Source of the DNA: Dehalococcoidia bacterium
GTDB taxonomy: Bacteria; Chloroflexota; Dehalococcoidia; UBA2979
Assembly (NCBI GenBank): GCA_963667465.2
Contig: CAXXDN010000002.1
Coordinates: 1,632,001-1,696,000, forward strand
Length of the DNA: 64,000 bases
Direction of reading: 5' to 3'
Shown here one piece after another: positions 1 to 9,150 of the stretch. Both the position numbers and the translations under genes were made by a program. Below the pieces are notes generated by a model. It had not been told where the DNA came from. It ran no database searches and worked only from the letters and a program-made list of their open reading frames with translations. Position 1 is the first letter of the stretch, and every line of letters begins with the position of its first letter.

Positions 1-42
1 CCCGACGCCGACGATGCAGTAGCGGCCGCTGACCCGGCTCAT
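1..42 (-). CDS. 5' end of a probable thiolase-family protein (runs off the window)
   Basis: ATG at 42 on the minus strand reads MSRVSGRYCIVGVG, resembling the IVGVG N-terminal strand of thiolase-like proteins. Only 14 codons are visible. Confidence 0.45.
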   Translation of the reverse strand, partial: MSRVSGRYCIVGVG

Positions 43-332
43 CGCGTGCTCCCGCCCCCGAGGAGCACTATAGCGGCGTTGCGGGCTCGGCAAGGTGAAT
101 CAGGCGGGCCGACCCCCTCCCGTCACACCTTGAGCCTCACTCGATGAGGATCTGCACCTTCGCCAGGACATCCCCGACGGACCCGGCGGTGGGCGGGAGG
201 AGACTGATCCACCCCTGGACAGCCCGGGCATTCGGCAAGCGCCGGGGAGTGGTGTCGGCTCGTGCCCGCGGTCTCCATGCCTCTATCATCGCCCCGGCGG
301 GGCGTGAGGCCCGGCCCAGCGGGGAGCATCCC

Positions 333-1097
333 ATGTCGCTCATCGAGTACGAGCAGCAGGACCACGTGGTGACGATCGCGCTCAACCGGCCCGAGCGCCT
401 CAACGCGATGGGGGGCACGCTTCGCGACGACCTCTGTGAGGCGTGGGTGCGCTTCAACGAGGATCCCGAGGCGCGCGTCGCGATCTTCACCGGGCGCGGT
501 CGCGCATTCTGCGCCGGCCGCGACCTCAAGGAATCGCTCGAGGAGGGGCACGGTGGGCGCAGGGGCTACACCGAGATCCTCAGCCAGGACCTGGTGCCGC
601 AAACAGCGAAGCCGACCATCGCGGCGGTGCATGGCTACGCGATCGCGGCCGGCTTCGTGATGGCGCTGGGCTGCGACATGATCGTGGCCGCCGAGGGCAC
701 GAAGTTCCAGATGCAGCAGATCCGGCACGGCGGCACGATCGGCCACTACAGCCTCGCCATCCTCGAACAGTTGCCGTGGCAGTCGGCGATGGAGATGCTG
801 CTCGGCGGCGTCGAGCTGGACGCAGGCCGCGGCTACGAGTTGGGGTTCGTGAATCACGTGGTCCCGCCGGACCAGTTGCTGCAGAAGGCCGGGGAGCTGG
901 CGGCGAATCTCGCCGCCTTGCCGCCGGTGCATCTCCAGCGGACAAAGCAGCTGCTGACCGAGGTCCGCCCGCGGCCGACGCAGCAGGTCCGCGACCTCGA
1001 GCGCGAGACCCGCGAGTTCGTCGCGGGGCTCGAGGACACGACTGAGTCGATGAGAGCCTGGGTCGAGCGTCGGCCGCCCGTCTATCGCGGACGCTGA
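333..1097 (+). CDS. enoyl-CoA hydratase/isomerase (crotonase) family protein
   Basis: Motifs LNRPERLNAM, GRAFCAGRDL, KPTIAAVHGYAIAAG. ATG at 333 follows GGGGAG. Confidence 0.9.
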   Translation: MSLIEYEQQDHVVTIALNRPERLNAMGGTLRDDLCEAWVRFNEDPEARVAIFTGRGRAFCAGRDLKESLEEGHGGRRGYTEILSQDLVPQTAKPTIAAVHGYAIAAGFVMALGCDMIVAAEGTKFQMQQIRHGGTIGHYSLAILEQLPWQSAMEMLLGGVELDAGRGYELGFVNHVVPPDQLLQKAGELAANLAALPPVHLQRTKQLLTEVRPRPTQQVRDLERETREFVAGLEDTTESMRAWVERRPPVYRGR

Positions 1098-1116
1098 CCC
1101 GGAGAGGAGCACGCTC

Positions 1117-2304
1117 GTGAAACTCGACGTCTTTACGGAGATCCAGAAGGCCCGCGCGAGCTGGGGTGACGACCACGAGCAGGACGTCATCGAGGAGTCC
1201 CTCGAGCAGGCGCGCCTCGCCGACGAGCTCGGCTACGAGTGCTGGTGGCAGGTCGAGCACCACGGAGCTACCGAGTTCAGCTACAGCTCGGCTCCCGAGC
1301 TGCTGCTCACCGCGATCTCGCAGCAGACGAGCCGGCTGCGGCTCGGACACTCGGGGGTGCTGGCGCCGTTCGTGGTGAATCACCCGATCCGCGTCGCGGA
1401 GCGCGCGGCGACACTCGACCGGCTCAGCCACGGTCGTGCCGAGATCGGATTCGCGCGCTCGGGCGGCCTCGAGTGGGAGACGTTCGGCGTCGACCCCGAG
1501 AGCTCGCTGGAGCAGGTCCGGCAGTGCATGCAGATGGTGAAGGGGATGTGGACGGAGAGCCCGTTCTCTTTCCAGAGCGACCTGTTCGAGATCCCTGAGC
1601 GCAACGTGATCCCGAAGCCGTTGCAGCAGCCCCACCCGCCGATGTGGCAGACCACCTCGAGCCCGGACTCCTTCCGGATGGCCGGGAACCTCGGGGTCGG
1701 CGTGCTCGCCACCACGCTGATGCAGCCGCTCGAGGTGATGGCGAGCCTGCTGGACGAGTACCGCGACGGCCTCAAGGACTGCGAGCCGGTCGGTGATTTC
1801 GTCAACGACCAGACCGCCGTGTTCACCTTCGTGCACTGCGCCAAGACCAAGCGCGAGGCGATCGAGAGCGGGGCTGCCGCCGCGGCAATGTGGTACGTGA
1901 ACTCGGCGCCCGCCGTCTTCAGGGTGGACCCCGAGATCTTCTACGACTCGATCCGCGGCGAGGTCCTCGAGGGCGCCGCCTCGCGGATCACGGTCTCCGA
2001 GGACGCGCCGGCGGCCCCGGCGAGCGAAGAGGACCTCGACGATCCGAACCCGGTGGTGCGGCTGCTTCGTCATGCAGCGGCCGGGCGGGATGTCTCGCCC
2101 GAGGAGGCCTACGAGACGCTCGATCCGCTGGACTCGATCATCATCGGCGATGTCGAGACGTGCCGGCGGAAGATGCAGCGCTACAAGGACATCGGCGTGG
2201 ACCGCCTGATGTGCTTCATGCAGATCGGCGATCTCCCGCACGACGCGATCATGCGGAGCCTGCGAATCACCGCTGAGGAACTGATGCCCGCGCTGGCGGA
2301 CTAG
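1117..2304 (+). CDS. LLM-class flavin-dependent oxidoreductase (luciferase-like monooxygenase)
   Basis: ADELGY..W.VEHH, HPIRVAERAATLDRLSHGR, PKPLQQPHPPMW. GAGGAG RBS. Confidence 0.9.
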   Translation: MKLDVFTEIQKARASWGDDHEQDVIEESLEQARLADELGYECWWQVEHHGATEFSYSSAPELLLTAISQQTSRLRLGHSGVLAPFVVNHPIRVAERAATLDRLSHGRAEIGFARSGGLEWETFGVDPESSLEQVRQCMQMVKGMWTESPFSFQSDLFEIPERNVIPKPLQQPHPPMWQTTSSPDSFRMAGNLGVGVLATTLMQPLEVMASLLDEYRDGLKDCEPVGDFVNDQTAVFTFVHCAKTKREAIESGAAAAAMWYVNSAPAVFRVDPEIFYDSIRGEVLEGAASRITVSEDAPAAPASEEDLDDPNPVVRLLRHAAAGRDVSPEEAYETLDPLDSIIIGDVETCRRKMQRYKDIGVDRLMCFMQIGDLPHDAIMRSLRITAEELMPALAD

Positions 2305-2399
2305 CCCCCGCCGGCCCGCCGGCTGTGTCGTTGGTCTCGGGGCGCCGTGACTTCCGGGTGCCAGCCGTTCTTCGGCGAGTCCACAGATCGAGGTGCGGG

Positions 2400-3791
2400 A
2401 TGGGACCAACGCGGCTGGCGCAGCTGGCGATCGCGCTCGCAGCGGCCGCGCTGCTCGCCTGCGCGGACGGCGAGGCCGTGAGCCCGCGCGATGCGGGCCC
2501 CGACGCGACCGCGTCGGCTTCGCCCACCGCGGGTCCGGGTGTCGAGCGGGATCTGAGCTTCCTCGCGGACTCCACCCCTAACTTCGAGATTGCGAGGATC
2601 AGGAGAGTCGGGGAGTCCGGCGACATCCGGCGCGCGTGGATGATCGTGGACATGTTGCGGTTCGTCCCGCCCGGACCCTCGGGCACCCATGGAGCGCTGG
2701 TGACCGCCTTCGCAACGCTGACGGGACAGCCCGAGGACGCCGTCGACTTCTGGGTGAAGGCCAGCAACCACCTGATCGCGAACGACGTCCCCGCACCGGA
2801 CGGCTACCGGCAATGGAAGGGCAGGGTCTACACCACGCTCGTCGAGGAGTGGGCCCCGTTCTTCGACGACGCCGACGCCGCGGTCGACTGGCGCCTGATC
2901 TCCTGGGGCGGCGTCGGGATCGACGATCGACCGGTCTACAGCGAGGACCGGCCGATCGAGGAGCTCGATCCGTTCTGCGGCTGCATCCCCGCACTCAACG
3001 ATCCGGCCGTCACTGCCGCCGCCGGAGGTGACTGGTACCCCGACGATCAGCTGGTCTTCGGCGTCGAGCTGAACGGCGAGGCGCGCGCCTACCCGCAGAA
3101 CCAGCTGCAGGTGCACGAGCTGGTCAACGACACCCTCGGCGGCAGACGAATCGCCCTCGTCTACTGCACGCTCTGCGGCACGGCCCAGGCGTTCTTCACC
3201 GACGCACTCCCCGAGGGCGCCCCGACGCCCCGCGGTACGCTCGAACTCCGCACGTCCGGCCTGCTGTCCCGATCCAACAAGGTGATGTTCGACCTGCACA
3301 CGTTCTCGTTCTTCGACACGTTCCGGGGGCGCGCCGTCAGCGGGCCGCTGCAGGATGCGGGGCTCGAACTGGAACCGCTGACGGTCGCCGTGGCGACGTG
3401 GGGCGAGTGGAAGGCCGGCCACCCCGCGACGACGATCGTGGCCGAGGACGGCGGCATCGGGCGGAGCTACCCCGCTGACCCCCTCGGTGGACGAGACGAT
3501 GACGGGCCGATCTTCCCGATCGGCGACGTGGACCCGCGCCTGCCGGTGCAGGACTACGTGCTCGGAGTTCGCACGGACCGCGTGACGGTCGCGTTTCCCG
3601 AGGCGCCCGTTCGCGCGGCGCTGGCGCAGGGCCTGTCGGTCGAGCACGACGGCGTCACGGTGCGGATCGTCGCAGGCGCGCTCGCCGCCTTCGATCGCGA
3701 CGGCGAGCCGATCGCGACGCACCAGTCGTTCTGGTTCGCGTGGAGCCAATTCTTCCCCGAGACCGACGTGTGGTCGGGGAACTACAACTAG
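2400..3791 (+). CDS. DUF3179-like lipoprotein
   Basis: Lipobox-like LLAC; motifs IPAL, ARAYP, HELVND, YCTLCG, SGLL..SN..MFD, FWFAW. Confidence 0.75.
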   Translation: MGPTRLAQLAIALAAAALLACADGEAVSPRDAGPDATASASPTAGPGVERDLSFLADSTPNFEIARIRRVGESGDIRRAWMIVDMLRFVPPGPSGTHGALVTAFATLTGQPEDAVDFWVKASNHLIANDVPAPDGYRQWKGRVYTTLVEEWAPFFDDADAAVDWRLISWGGVGIDDRPVYSEDRPIEELDPFCGCIPALNDPAVTAAAGGDWYPDDQLVFGVELNGEARAYPQNQLQVHELVNDTLGGRRIALVYCTLCGTAQAFFTDALPEGAPTPRGTLELRTSGLLSRSNKVMFDLHTFSFFDTFRGRAVSGPLQDAGLELEPLTVAVATWGEWKAGHPATTIVAEDGGIGRSYPADPLGGRDDDGPIFPIGDVDPRLPVQDYVLGVRTDRVTVAFPEAPVRAALAQGLSVEHDGVTVRIVAGALAAFDRDGEPIATHQSFWFAWSQFFPETDVWSGNYN

Positions 3792-3850
3792 CGAGCGGGC
3801 GGGGCGGGGCACCGTTGCCTGCCGGCTACCGCGTGCTAGCATCGCCTCCC

Positions 3851-4792
3851 GTGGCCACCGTAGCCGTCATCGGCGCCGGGGCGGTCGGCTCCTACTACGG
3901 CGCGCGCCTCGCGCAGGCCGGTCACGACGTGCGCTTTCTCCTTCGCCGCGACTACGACGCCGTCGCCGAGCGTGGCCTGCGCATCGAGTCACACCATGGC
4001 GACTTCGCGCTCGAACGCCCGGCGATCGCCCGCGACCCCGCCGCCATCGGCCCCGTCGACTGGGTGCTCTGCGGCCTCAAGACCACCGCCCTCGAGGAAG
4101 CAGCCGCCCTGATCCGTCCCTGCCTTGCACCCGGGACGCGCGTGCTTGCCATCATGAACGGCCTCGGCATCGAGGAGCGCCTCGCCGCCTCGCTCGGCAG
4201 CGAACGTGTCTTCGGCGGGCTCGCCTTCACCTGCATCAACCGGGGCGAACCGGGCGTCATCCACCACATCGAGTACGGCCAGGTCGGCATCGCGCACCTC
4301 GGCGACGACCCCGCCGAGCTCGACCGCGCCCTCGCGCTCTGGCAGGACGCGACCGTCGAGGTCGCCCGCCAGCCCTCGTTGTTGCGCGCGCGCTGGGAGA
4401 AGCTCTGCTGGAACGTGCCGTTCAATGGCCTCACCGTCGCCGCCGGCGGCGTTGACACCGAGGCGATCGTCGGCGACCCCGCCCTGCGCGCCGAGGCGCG
4501 CGCACTCATGGAGGAGGTCGTCGCCGCCGGCAACGCCGAACTTGCCGCCGCCGGCAGCCCCGAGCGCATCGACGGCGAGGCCGTCAGCTCGCGCATGTTC
4601 ACGCTGACCGACGCGATGGGCCCCTACCGCCCCAGCACCCTCATCGACTACCTCGAGGGCCGCGCCATCGAGGTGGACGCCATCTTCGCCGAGCCCGCCC
4701 GCCGCGCGCGCGCCCTCGGCGTCCCGGCCCCGCGGATGGAGCTGCTGACCGCGCTCCTCGCGCGGCTCGACCCGGGCAGGGACGATGCCTGA
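3851..4792 (+). CDS. panE: 2-dehydropantoate 2-reductase (ApbA/PanE family)
   Basis: GAGAVGSYYG Rossmann motif, MNGLG, WEKLCWNVPFNGL, PSTLIDY..GR.IEVDAI. Confidence 0.8.
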   Translation: MATVAVIGAGAVGSYYGARLAQAGHDVRFLLRRDYDAVAERGLRIESHHGDFALERPAIARDPAAIGPVDWVLCGLKTTALEEAAALIRPCLAPGTRVLAIMNGLGIEERLAASLGSERVFGGLAFTCINRGEPGVIHHIEYGQVGIAHLGDDPAELDRALALWQDATVEVARQPSLLRARWEKLCWNVPFNGLTVAAGGVDTEAIVGDPALRAEARALMEEVVAAGNAELAAAGSPERIDGEAVSSRMFTLTDAMGPYRPSTLIDYLEGRAIEVDAIFAEPARRARALGVPAPRMELLTALLARLDPGRDDA

Positions 4793-4897
4793 CGGCCGGT
4801 GGCCGCGCGTTGGCGCATGGGTTCGGCGGCCCAGGCAAGGGCCGGCACTACCTGGTACCGTTCCTCGGGGCGGTCGTGCTCGTAGCGGTCTGAAGGC

Positions 4898-5995
4898 GTG
4901 ACGAACGTGGCTCAAGCGCGGCGGCGCATCGACACCCGGCCCTTCCGCGATCGCCTCGCCGACATCTCGCTCGGCGGCGACTACGAGGCGGTCAACACCC
5001 GCCTCTCCGAGGCCGGTCTCGGCGACGGTCTTCCCCTCGTCCCTCCGACGGAGGAGCGCATCGGGGCGATGCTGGCCGGCGGCGGCGTCCCGGCCGGCTC
5101 GCTGTTCCCGATGCTGGCGCCCGCCCGCGTCCCACCGACACTCCGCGACGTCGCGGCGAACGCGGTGCTGGCGGGCTGTGCGCCCGAGCACCTCCCCGTG
5201 GTCGCCGCCGCCGTCAAGGCCGTCGCCGATCCCGACTTCAACCTGACCGGCATTCAGGCAACGACGGGCGCGGCGACTCCCCTGGTGATCGTCGGCGGGC
5301 CTGTCGTCTCGCGGATCGGGATGAACGCCGGGGCGAACAGCCTGGGGCAGGGATCACGCGCGAATGCGACTATCGGTCGGGCGCTCCGGCTCGTGCTCCA
5401 GAACCTGGGGCTCGCCCTGCCCGGCATCTCGGACATGGCGACGCATGGTCAGCCCGGCAAGTACACCTGGTGCGTCGCGGAACAGGAGGCCGGCAGCCCC
5501 TGGCCGCCACTGCGAGTGGCGCTCGGCCTCCCCGCCGGCGTGAGCACGGTCACCGTCGTCGGGGCCGTCGGCAACGTCGAGGTGGTGCTGCCGGCCACGA
5601 GCCCGGAGGACCTCGCCCACGCCCTGGCCGGCTCGATGACGATCGAGGGCAACGCCGGGGGCGAGGGGACGTTCGGCGGTGGACAGGCGCTCGTGCTGCT
5701 TCCCCCGGAGAGCGCCTGGCTCCTCGATTCGCACGGTTGGGACCGGCGACGGCTCCAGCGCGAGCTCTTCGCGCGTGCCAGCGTGAGCTACGAGGCGCTG
5801 ACCCCCGCCATCGTCGAGCGCACGACCGTGCGCCGCCAGGAACTCGGGCTACCGCACGAGGGCGTCCTGCGGGTGGCCCGGACGCCGGAGGACGTGCTGA
5901 TCGTCGTCAGTGGCGGCGTGGGGACGAAGGCGACGTTCGTCCCGACCTGGCCCGGCGGGACTCGCGCGATCACCATCCCGTTGCCGCCAGCCTAG
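4898..5995 (+). CDS. conserved hypothetical protein of the 'DGLP.VPPT / ANATIGRA' family
   Basis: GDGLPLVPPTEERIGAML, ANAVLAGC.PE, ANATIGRALRL, CVAE.E..SPW. I recall this family beside UGSC-motif (seleno)proteins; function unknown. Confidence 0.6.
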   Translation: MTNVAQARRRIDTRPFRDRLADISLGGDYEAVNTRLSEAGLGDGLPLVPPTEERIGAMLAGGGVPAGSLFPMLAPARVPPTLRDVAANAVLAGCAPEHLPVVAAAVKAVADPDFNLTGIQATTGAATPLVIVGGPVVSRIGMNAGANSLGQGSRANATIGRALRLVLQNLGLALPGISDMATHGQPGKYTWCVAEQEAGSPWPPLRVALGLPAGVSTVTVVGAVGNVEVVLPATSPEDLAHALAGSMTIEGNAGGEGTFGGGQALVLLPPESAWLLDSHGWDRRRLQRELFARASVSYEALTPAIVERTTVRRQELGLPHEGVLRVARTPEDVLIVVSGGVGTKATFVPTWPGGTRAITIPLPPA

Positions 5996-5997
5996 GC

Positions 5998-6190
5998 TGT
6001 CCTATTCCCGAGTAGCTGCGACAGGTGCCGGCCTTCTGAGATAGGGGCCAGGCGGTACATCCTGCTGTGTGTAGCAGCACAGGAAGGACCACCGCCATGA
6101 CCCCCGAGGACGTACTGTACCGCCAGCGGCTGCGCACCTTCGCGCTCGCCGAGGAAGCAGGCGGCCCGCCGCGGTCGGCATGTCGAAGTA
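5998..6190 (+). mobile_element. IS481-family remnant (left end plus about 30 codons of transposase)
   Basis: Begins TGTCCTATTCCC (IS481 ends start with TGT). AGGAAGG RBS, then ATG at 6097 reading MTPEDVLYRQRLRTFALAEE...SACR, like an IS481 HTH N-terminus, then truncated. Confidence 0.6.
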
Positions 6191-6239
6191 GCGCCGGGGA
6201 GGCTCGGAGCCCCCCGGAAGGTTCGTGCGTCGATCCGGC

Positions 6240-6270
6240 CCCTCTCCGGGGGGGAGGGTGAGGGTGAGGA
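6240..6270. repeat. degenerate CCCTCACCCTxACCCTCTCCC..GGAGAGGG-type extragenic palindromic element
   Basis: Minus strand reads CCTCACCCTCACCCTCCCCCCCGGAGAGGG. Single copy in this window. Confidence 0.35.
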
Positions 6271-6439
6271 GGCTCGCCAGCCTGACTGCCAACACGATTG
6301 GTGGGCGCGCCCTCAGAGCCGGGCGGGGCCCCGCAATGTGAGACGCTGCGGTCCGCTCGGCGCAGAGGCTGAGGCCGAAGCCGCGCGGCCGCGCGCTAGA
6401 ATCCAGGCCGGGCCACGACCGGCAGTTGGAGGGGTCACG

Positions 6440-7540
6440 ATGGAGATCAAGGCGGCAGTGCTCTACGAGGCGAACACCCCGCTGGTCGTCGAGCCCGTGC
6501 AGCTCGACGACCCGAAGGACGGCGAGGTGCTGGTGCGCATCGCGGCGGCCGGCGTCTGTCACTCCGACTACCACGTGATGAAGGGCGAGTGGACGCCGCC
6601 GCTGCCGATGGTGCTCGGCCACGAGGCCGCCGGCACCGTCGAGCGGGTGGGCGCGGGAGTCGGGCGGGTGCGGCCGGGCGACCGGGTGATCCTCAACTTC
6701 CGGCCAAACTGCGGCTGGTGCGACCACTGCACCCGCGGCGAGCCCGTGCTCTGCAACGGATCGGACAGCGAGCGCTGGCTGCTCTTCGACGGCACCGCGC
6801 GGCTGCACACCACGGCCGGGCGGGACCTCAACCACTTCGCGCGAACCGCCTCGTTCGCCGAGTACGCCGTCGTCCCCGAATCCGGCGCGGTGCCCGTCCG
6901 CGACGACGTGCCGCTCGACAAGGCCGCGCTGATCGGCTGCTCGGTGATGACCGGCGTCGGCGCGGTCATCAACACCGCGCGAGTCGAGGCCGGCAGCTCG
7001 GTGCTGGTGATCGGCTGCGGCGGCGTCGGCCTGAACTGCATCCAGGGCGCCGTGCTGGCCGGGGCGGAGCGGATCATCGCCGTCGACCTGAAGGCCAACA
7101 AGCTCGAGTACGCGAAGCAGTTCGGCGCGACCGACATCCTCGACGCGAGCGAGGGCGACACCGCGGCCCGGGTGCTGGAACTGACCGGTGGCGGCGTGGA
7201 CTACGCGTTCGAGGCGATCGGCTTCTCGAAGACGATCGTCGACTGCTACGAGTCGACGCGGCTCGGCGGCACGACGGTGGTCGTGGGAATGGCGCCCGAG
7301 GACGACATGATGACCATCCCCGCGCTCTCGCTTCCGCGCACGGAGAAGGTGCTGCGCGGCTCCTGGTACGGCTCCGCCCGCCCCTGGCTCGACCTCCCGA
7401 AGATGGTCGAGCTCTACATGGGCGGCCGCCTGCAGGTAGACCCGCTGGTCAGCCGCACCTACCCGCTCGACGAGATCAACGAGGCCTACGCAGCCCTCGA
7501 TCGCGGCGACGTCGCACGCAGCGTGCTGCTGATGGAGTGA
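6440..7540 (+). CDS. Zn-dependent alcohol dehydrogenase (class III-like)
   Basis: GVCHSD, GHEAAG, CGWCDHC..G.P.LC structural Zn motif, GCGGVG. Confidence 0.92.
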   Translation: MEIKAAVLYEANTPLVVEPVQLDDPKDGEVLVRIAAAGVCHSDYHVMKGEWTPPLPMVLGHEAAGTVERVGAGVGRVRPGDRVILNFRPNCGWCDHCTRGEPVLCNGSDSERWLLFDGTARLHTTAGRDLNHFARTASFAEYAVVPESGAVPVRDDVPLDKAALIGCSVMTGVGAVINTARVEAGSSVLVIGCGGVGLNCIQGAVLAGAERIIAVDLKANKLEYAKQFGATDILDASEGDTAARVLELTGGGVDYAFEAIGFSKTIVDCYESTRLGGTTVVVGMAPEDDMMTIPALSLPRTEKVLRGSWYGSARPWLDLPKMVELYMGGRLQVDPLVSRTYPLDEINEAYAALDRGDVARSVLLME

Positions 7541-7582
7541 GTCGCACGGAGAGCCGATTCGCTCGTTCGACGGAGGCAGCGC

Positions 7583-8548
7583 ATGTCGCTGGTGCAGACG
7601 ATCCGCGGTCCCATCCCCAGCTCCGAACTCGGACGCACGCTGTCGCATGAGCATCTGACCAACGGCACGGCCGGGATGGAGCGTGTCCCCGGGTTGCTCG
7701 ACCGGGCAGAGATGGTCGACCGCTGCCTCGAGGCGCTGGGAGTGGCCCACGACGCCGGGATCGACTCGCTCATCGACCTGACGCCCTTCGACCTCGGCCG
7801 CCAGGTCTGGCTGTTCGAGGCGGTCGCAGAGCGCTCGCCGCTCAACATCGTGTGCGCCACCGGCGTCTATCGCTGGGTGCCCGTGATCTACAACGGCTGG
7901 GACGAGGACGAGATCGCGGCGCACTTCGCGCGCGAGATCGACGAAGGCATCGAGGGCACCCGGATCCGCGCCGGCGCGATCAAGCTCGCCTGGGACATCG
8001 AGTACCGGCTCGATGAGCCGGCAGGACGGAACTCGCCGCGTGACATGCTGGAGCGGACGGCCCGCGCGGCGGCGCGCGCCTCGAAGGCGTCGGGCGTACC
8101 CATCTCCTGCCACACGCGAGCGGTCGACGAGCTCGGCACGCCGTTGCTCGACATCTTCGAGGACGAGGGCCTCGACCTGCGCGCCGTGACCATCGGCCAC
8201 TCCAACGACACGCAGGACCTCGACTACCTGCGCGGCCTCGCGGCCCGCGGGGCGACGGTCGGCCTCGACCGCTTCTTCTCCACAGAGGATGACTACGTTG
8301 CCGAGCGGTCCGCGCTAGCGCTGGCGCTGGCCCAGGCGGGATACGCCGAGCAGGTTTGCCTCGGCCACGACGGCTCACCGGCGGGCGTCTGGGGCGGCTG
8401 GTCGGACGAACGCCGCAGCGACTGCTGGACTCGCGTGCCCCGGCACGAGGTGCCGTGGCTGCTCGCCAACGGCGCGACCGAGGACGACGTGGACGCGATG
8501 CTGCGGCGCTCGATCGCCGCGACCTTCGAGGCTGCTGCGGCGCAGTAG
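7583..8548 (+). CDS. phosphotriesterase-family metallohydrolase/lactonase
   Basis: QTIRGPI, TLSHEHL, ATG, IKLA, CHT, IGHSND, LGHD. Confidence 0.85.
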   Translation: MSLVQTIRGPIPSSELGRTLSHEHLTNGTAGMERVPGLLDRAEMVDRCLEALGVAHDAGIDSLIDLTPFDLGRQVWLFEAVAERSPLNIVCATGVYRWVPVIYNGWDEDEIAAHFAREIDEGIEGTRIRAGAIKLAWDIEYRLDEPAGRNSPRDMLERTARAAARASKASGVPISCHTRAVDELGTPLLDIFEDEGLDLRAVTIGHSNDTQDLDYLRGLAARGATVGLDRFFSTEDDYVAERSALALALAQAGYAEQVCLGHDGSPAGVWGGWSDERRSDCWTRVPRHEVPWLLANGATEDDVDAMLRRSIAATFEAAAAQ

Positions 8549-8654
8549 CCGGAGCCACGCCGCGCAGCCACTCGCGCGCGGCTGCGATGGATCAGGACGC
8601 GAGGGGCGCGGGCGCGGCGTTACCCGGGGTAGCGATTGGGGGCCTGCCTCCGGG

Positions 8655-9047
8655 CTAGCCCTCAACTTGCTGGATCAGCTCGATCCTGACGTCGTCGGGG
8701 GCTCGCATCCAGCAGACGCGAATGGCGCCGAAGTCGACCGGCCCCTCCAGCACCTCGGCTCCGAGCGCCTCGAGTCGCTCGATGTCCGCCTCGAGGTCCA
8801 CCGAGTCGATCCCGAAATGCTCCAACCCCTCGTGCACACCGGCGTCGCCGGGACCGAGCGTCTCGCCGCTGCGCGGGCCGGAGATATTGACCGTGATGCC
8901 GTTCTCGCTGCGCGTGGCCACGAAGCGGTCACCGACCTCACGGACGAAGTCATTCACGATCTCGAAGTTGAACGCCGCGACCCACCACTCCGCGCTCTTC
9001 CGCGGGTCGTGGGACTTGAGGTGGATGTGGTTGATCGCGAAGGTCAT
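8655..9047 (-). CDS. VOC/glyoxalase family protein
   Basis: NHIHL, GLEHFG, APDDVRIELIQ. Confidence 0.85.
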   Translation of the reverse strand: MTFAINHIHLKSHDPRKSAEWWVAAFNFEIVNDFVREVGDRFVATRSENGITVNISGPRSGETLGPGDAGVHEGLEHFGIDSVDLEADIERLEALGAEVLEGPVDFGAIRVCWMRAPDDVRIELIQQVEG

Positions 9048-9150
9048 CAGCAGGTCCTCTGGCTCGTTGCCGCCCTTGCGCGCCGCACTGGTCGCTCAGC
9101 ATTGCATGACCGGCGCGGTGCGTCCGTCACTATCCGCGATCTCAGCCGTC

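Noticed and set aside
2400-5995. Selenocysteine recoding in the DUF3179-like or DGLP-family genes
   Set aside because: Both ORFs are open with Cys at the motif positions; no in-frame TGA.
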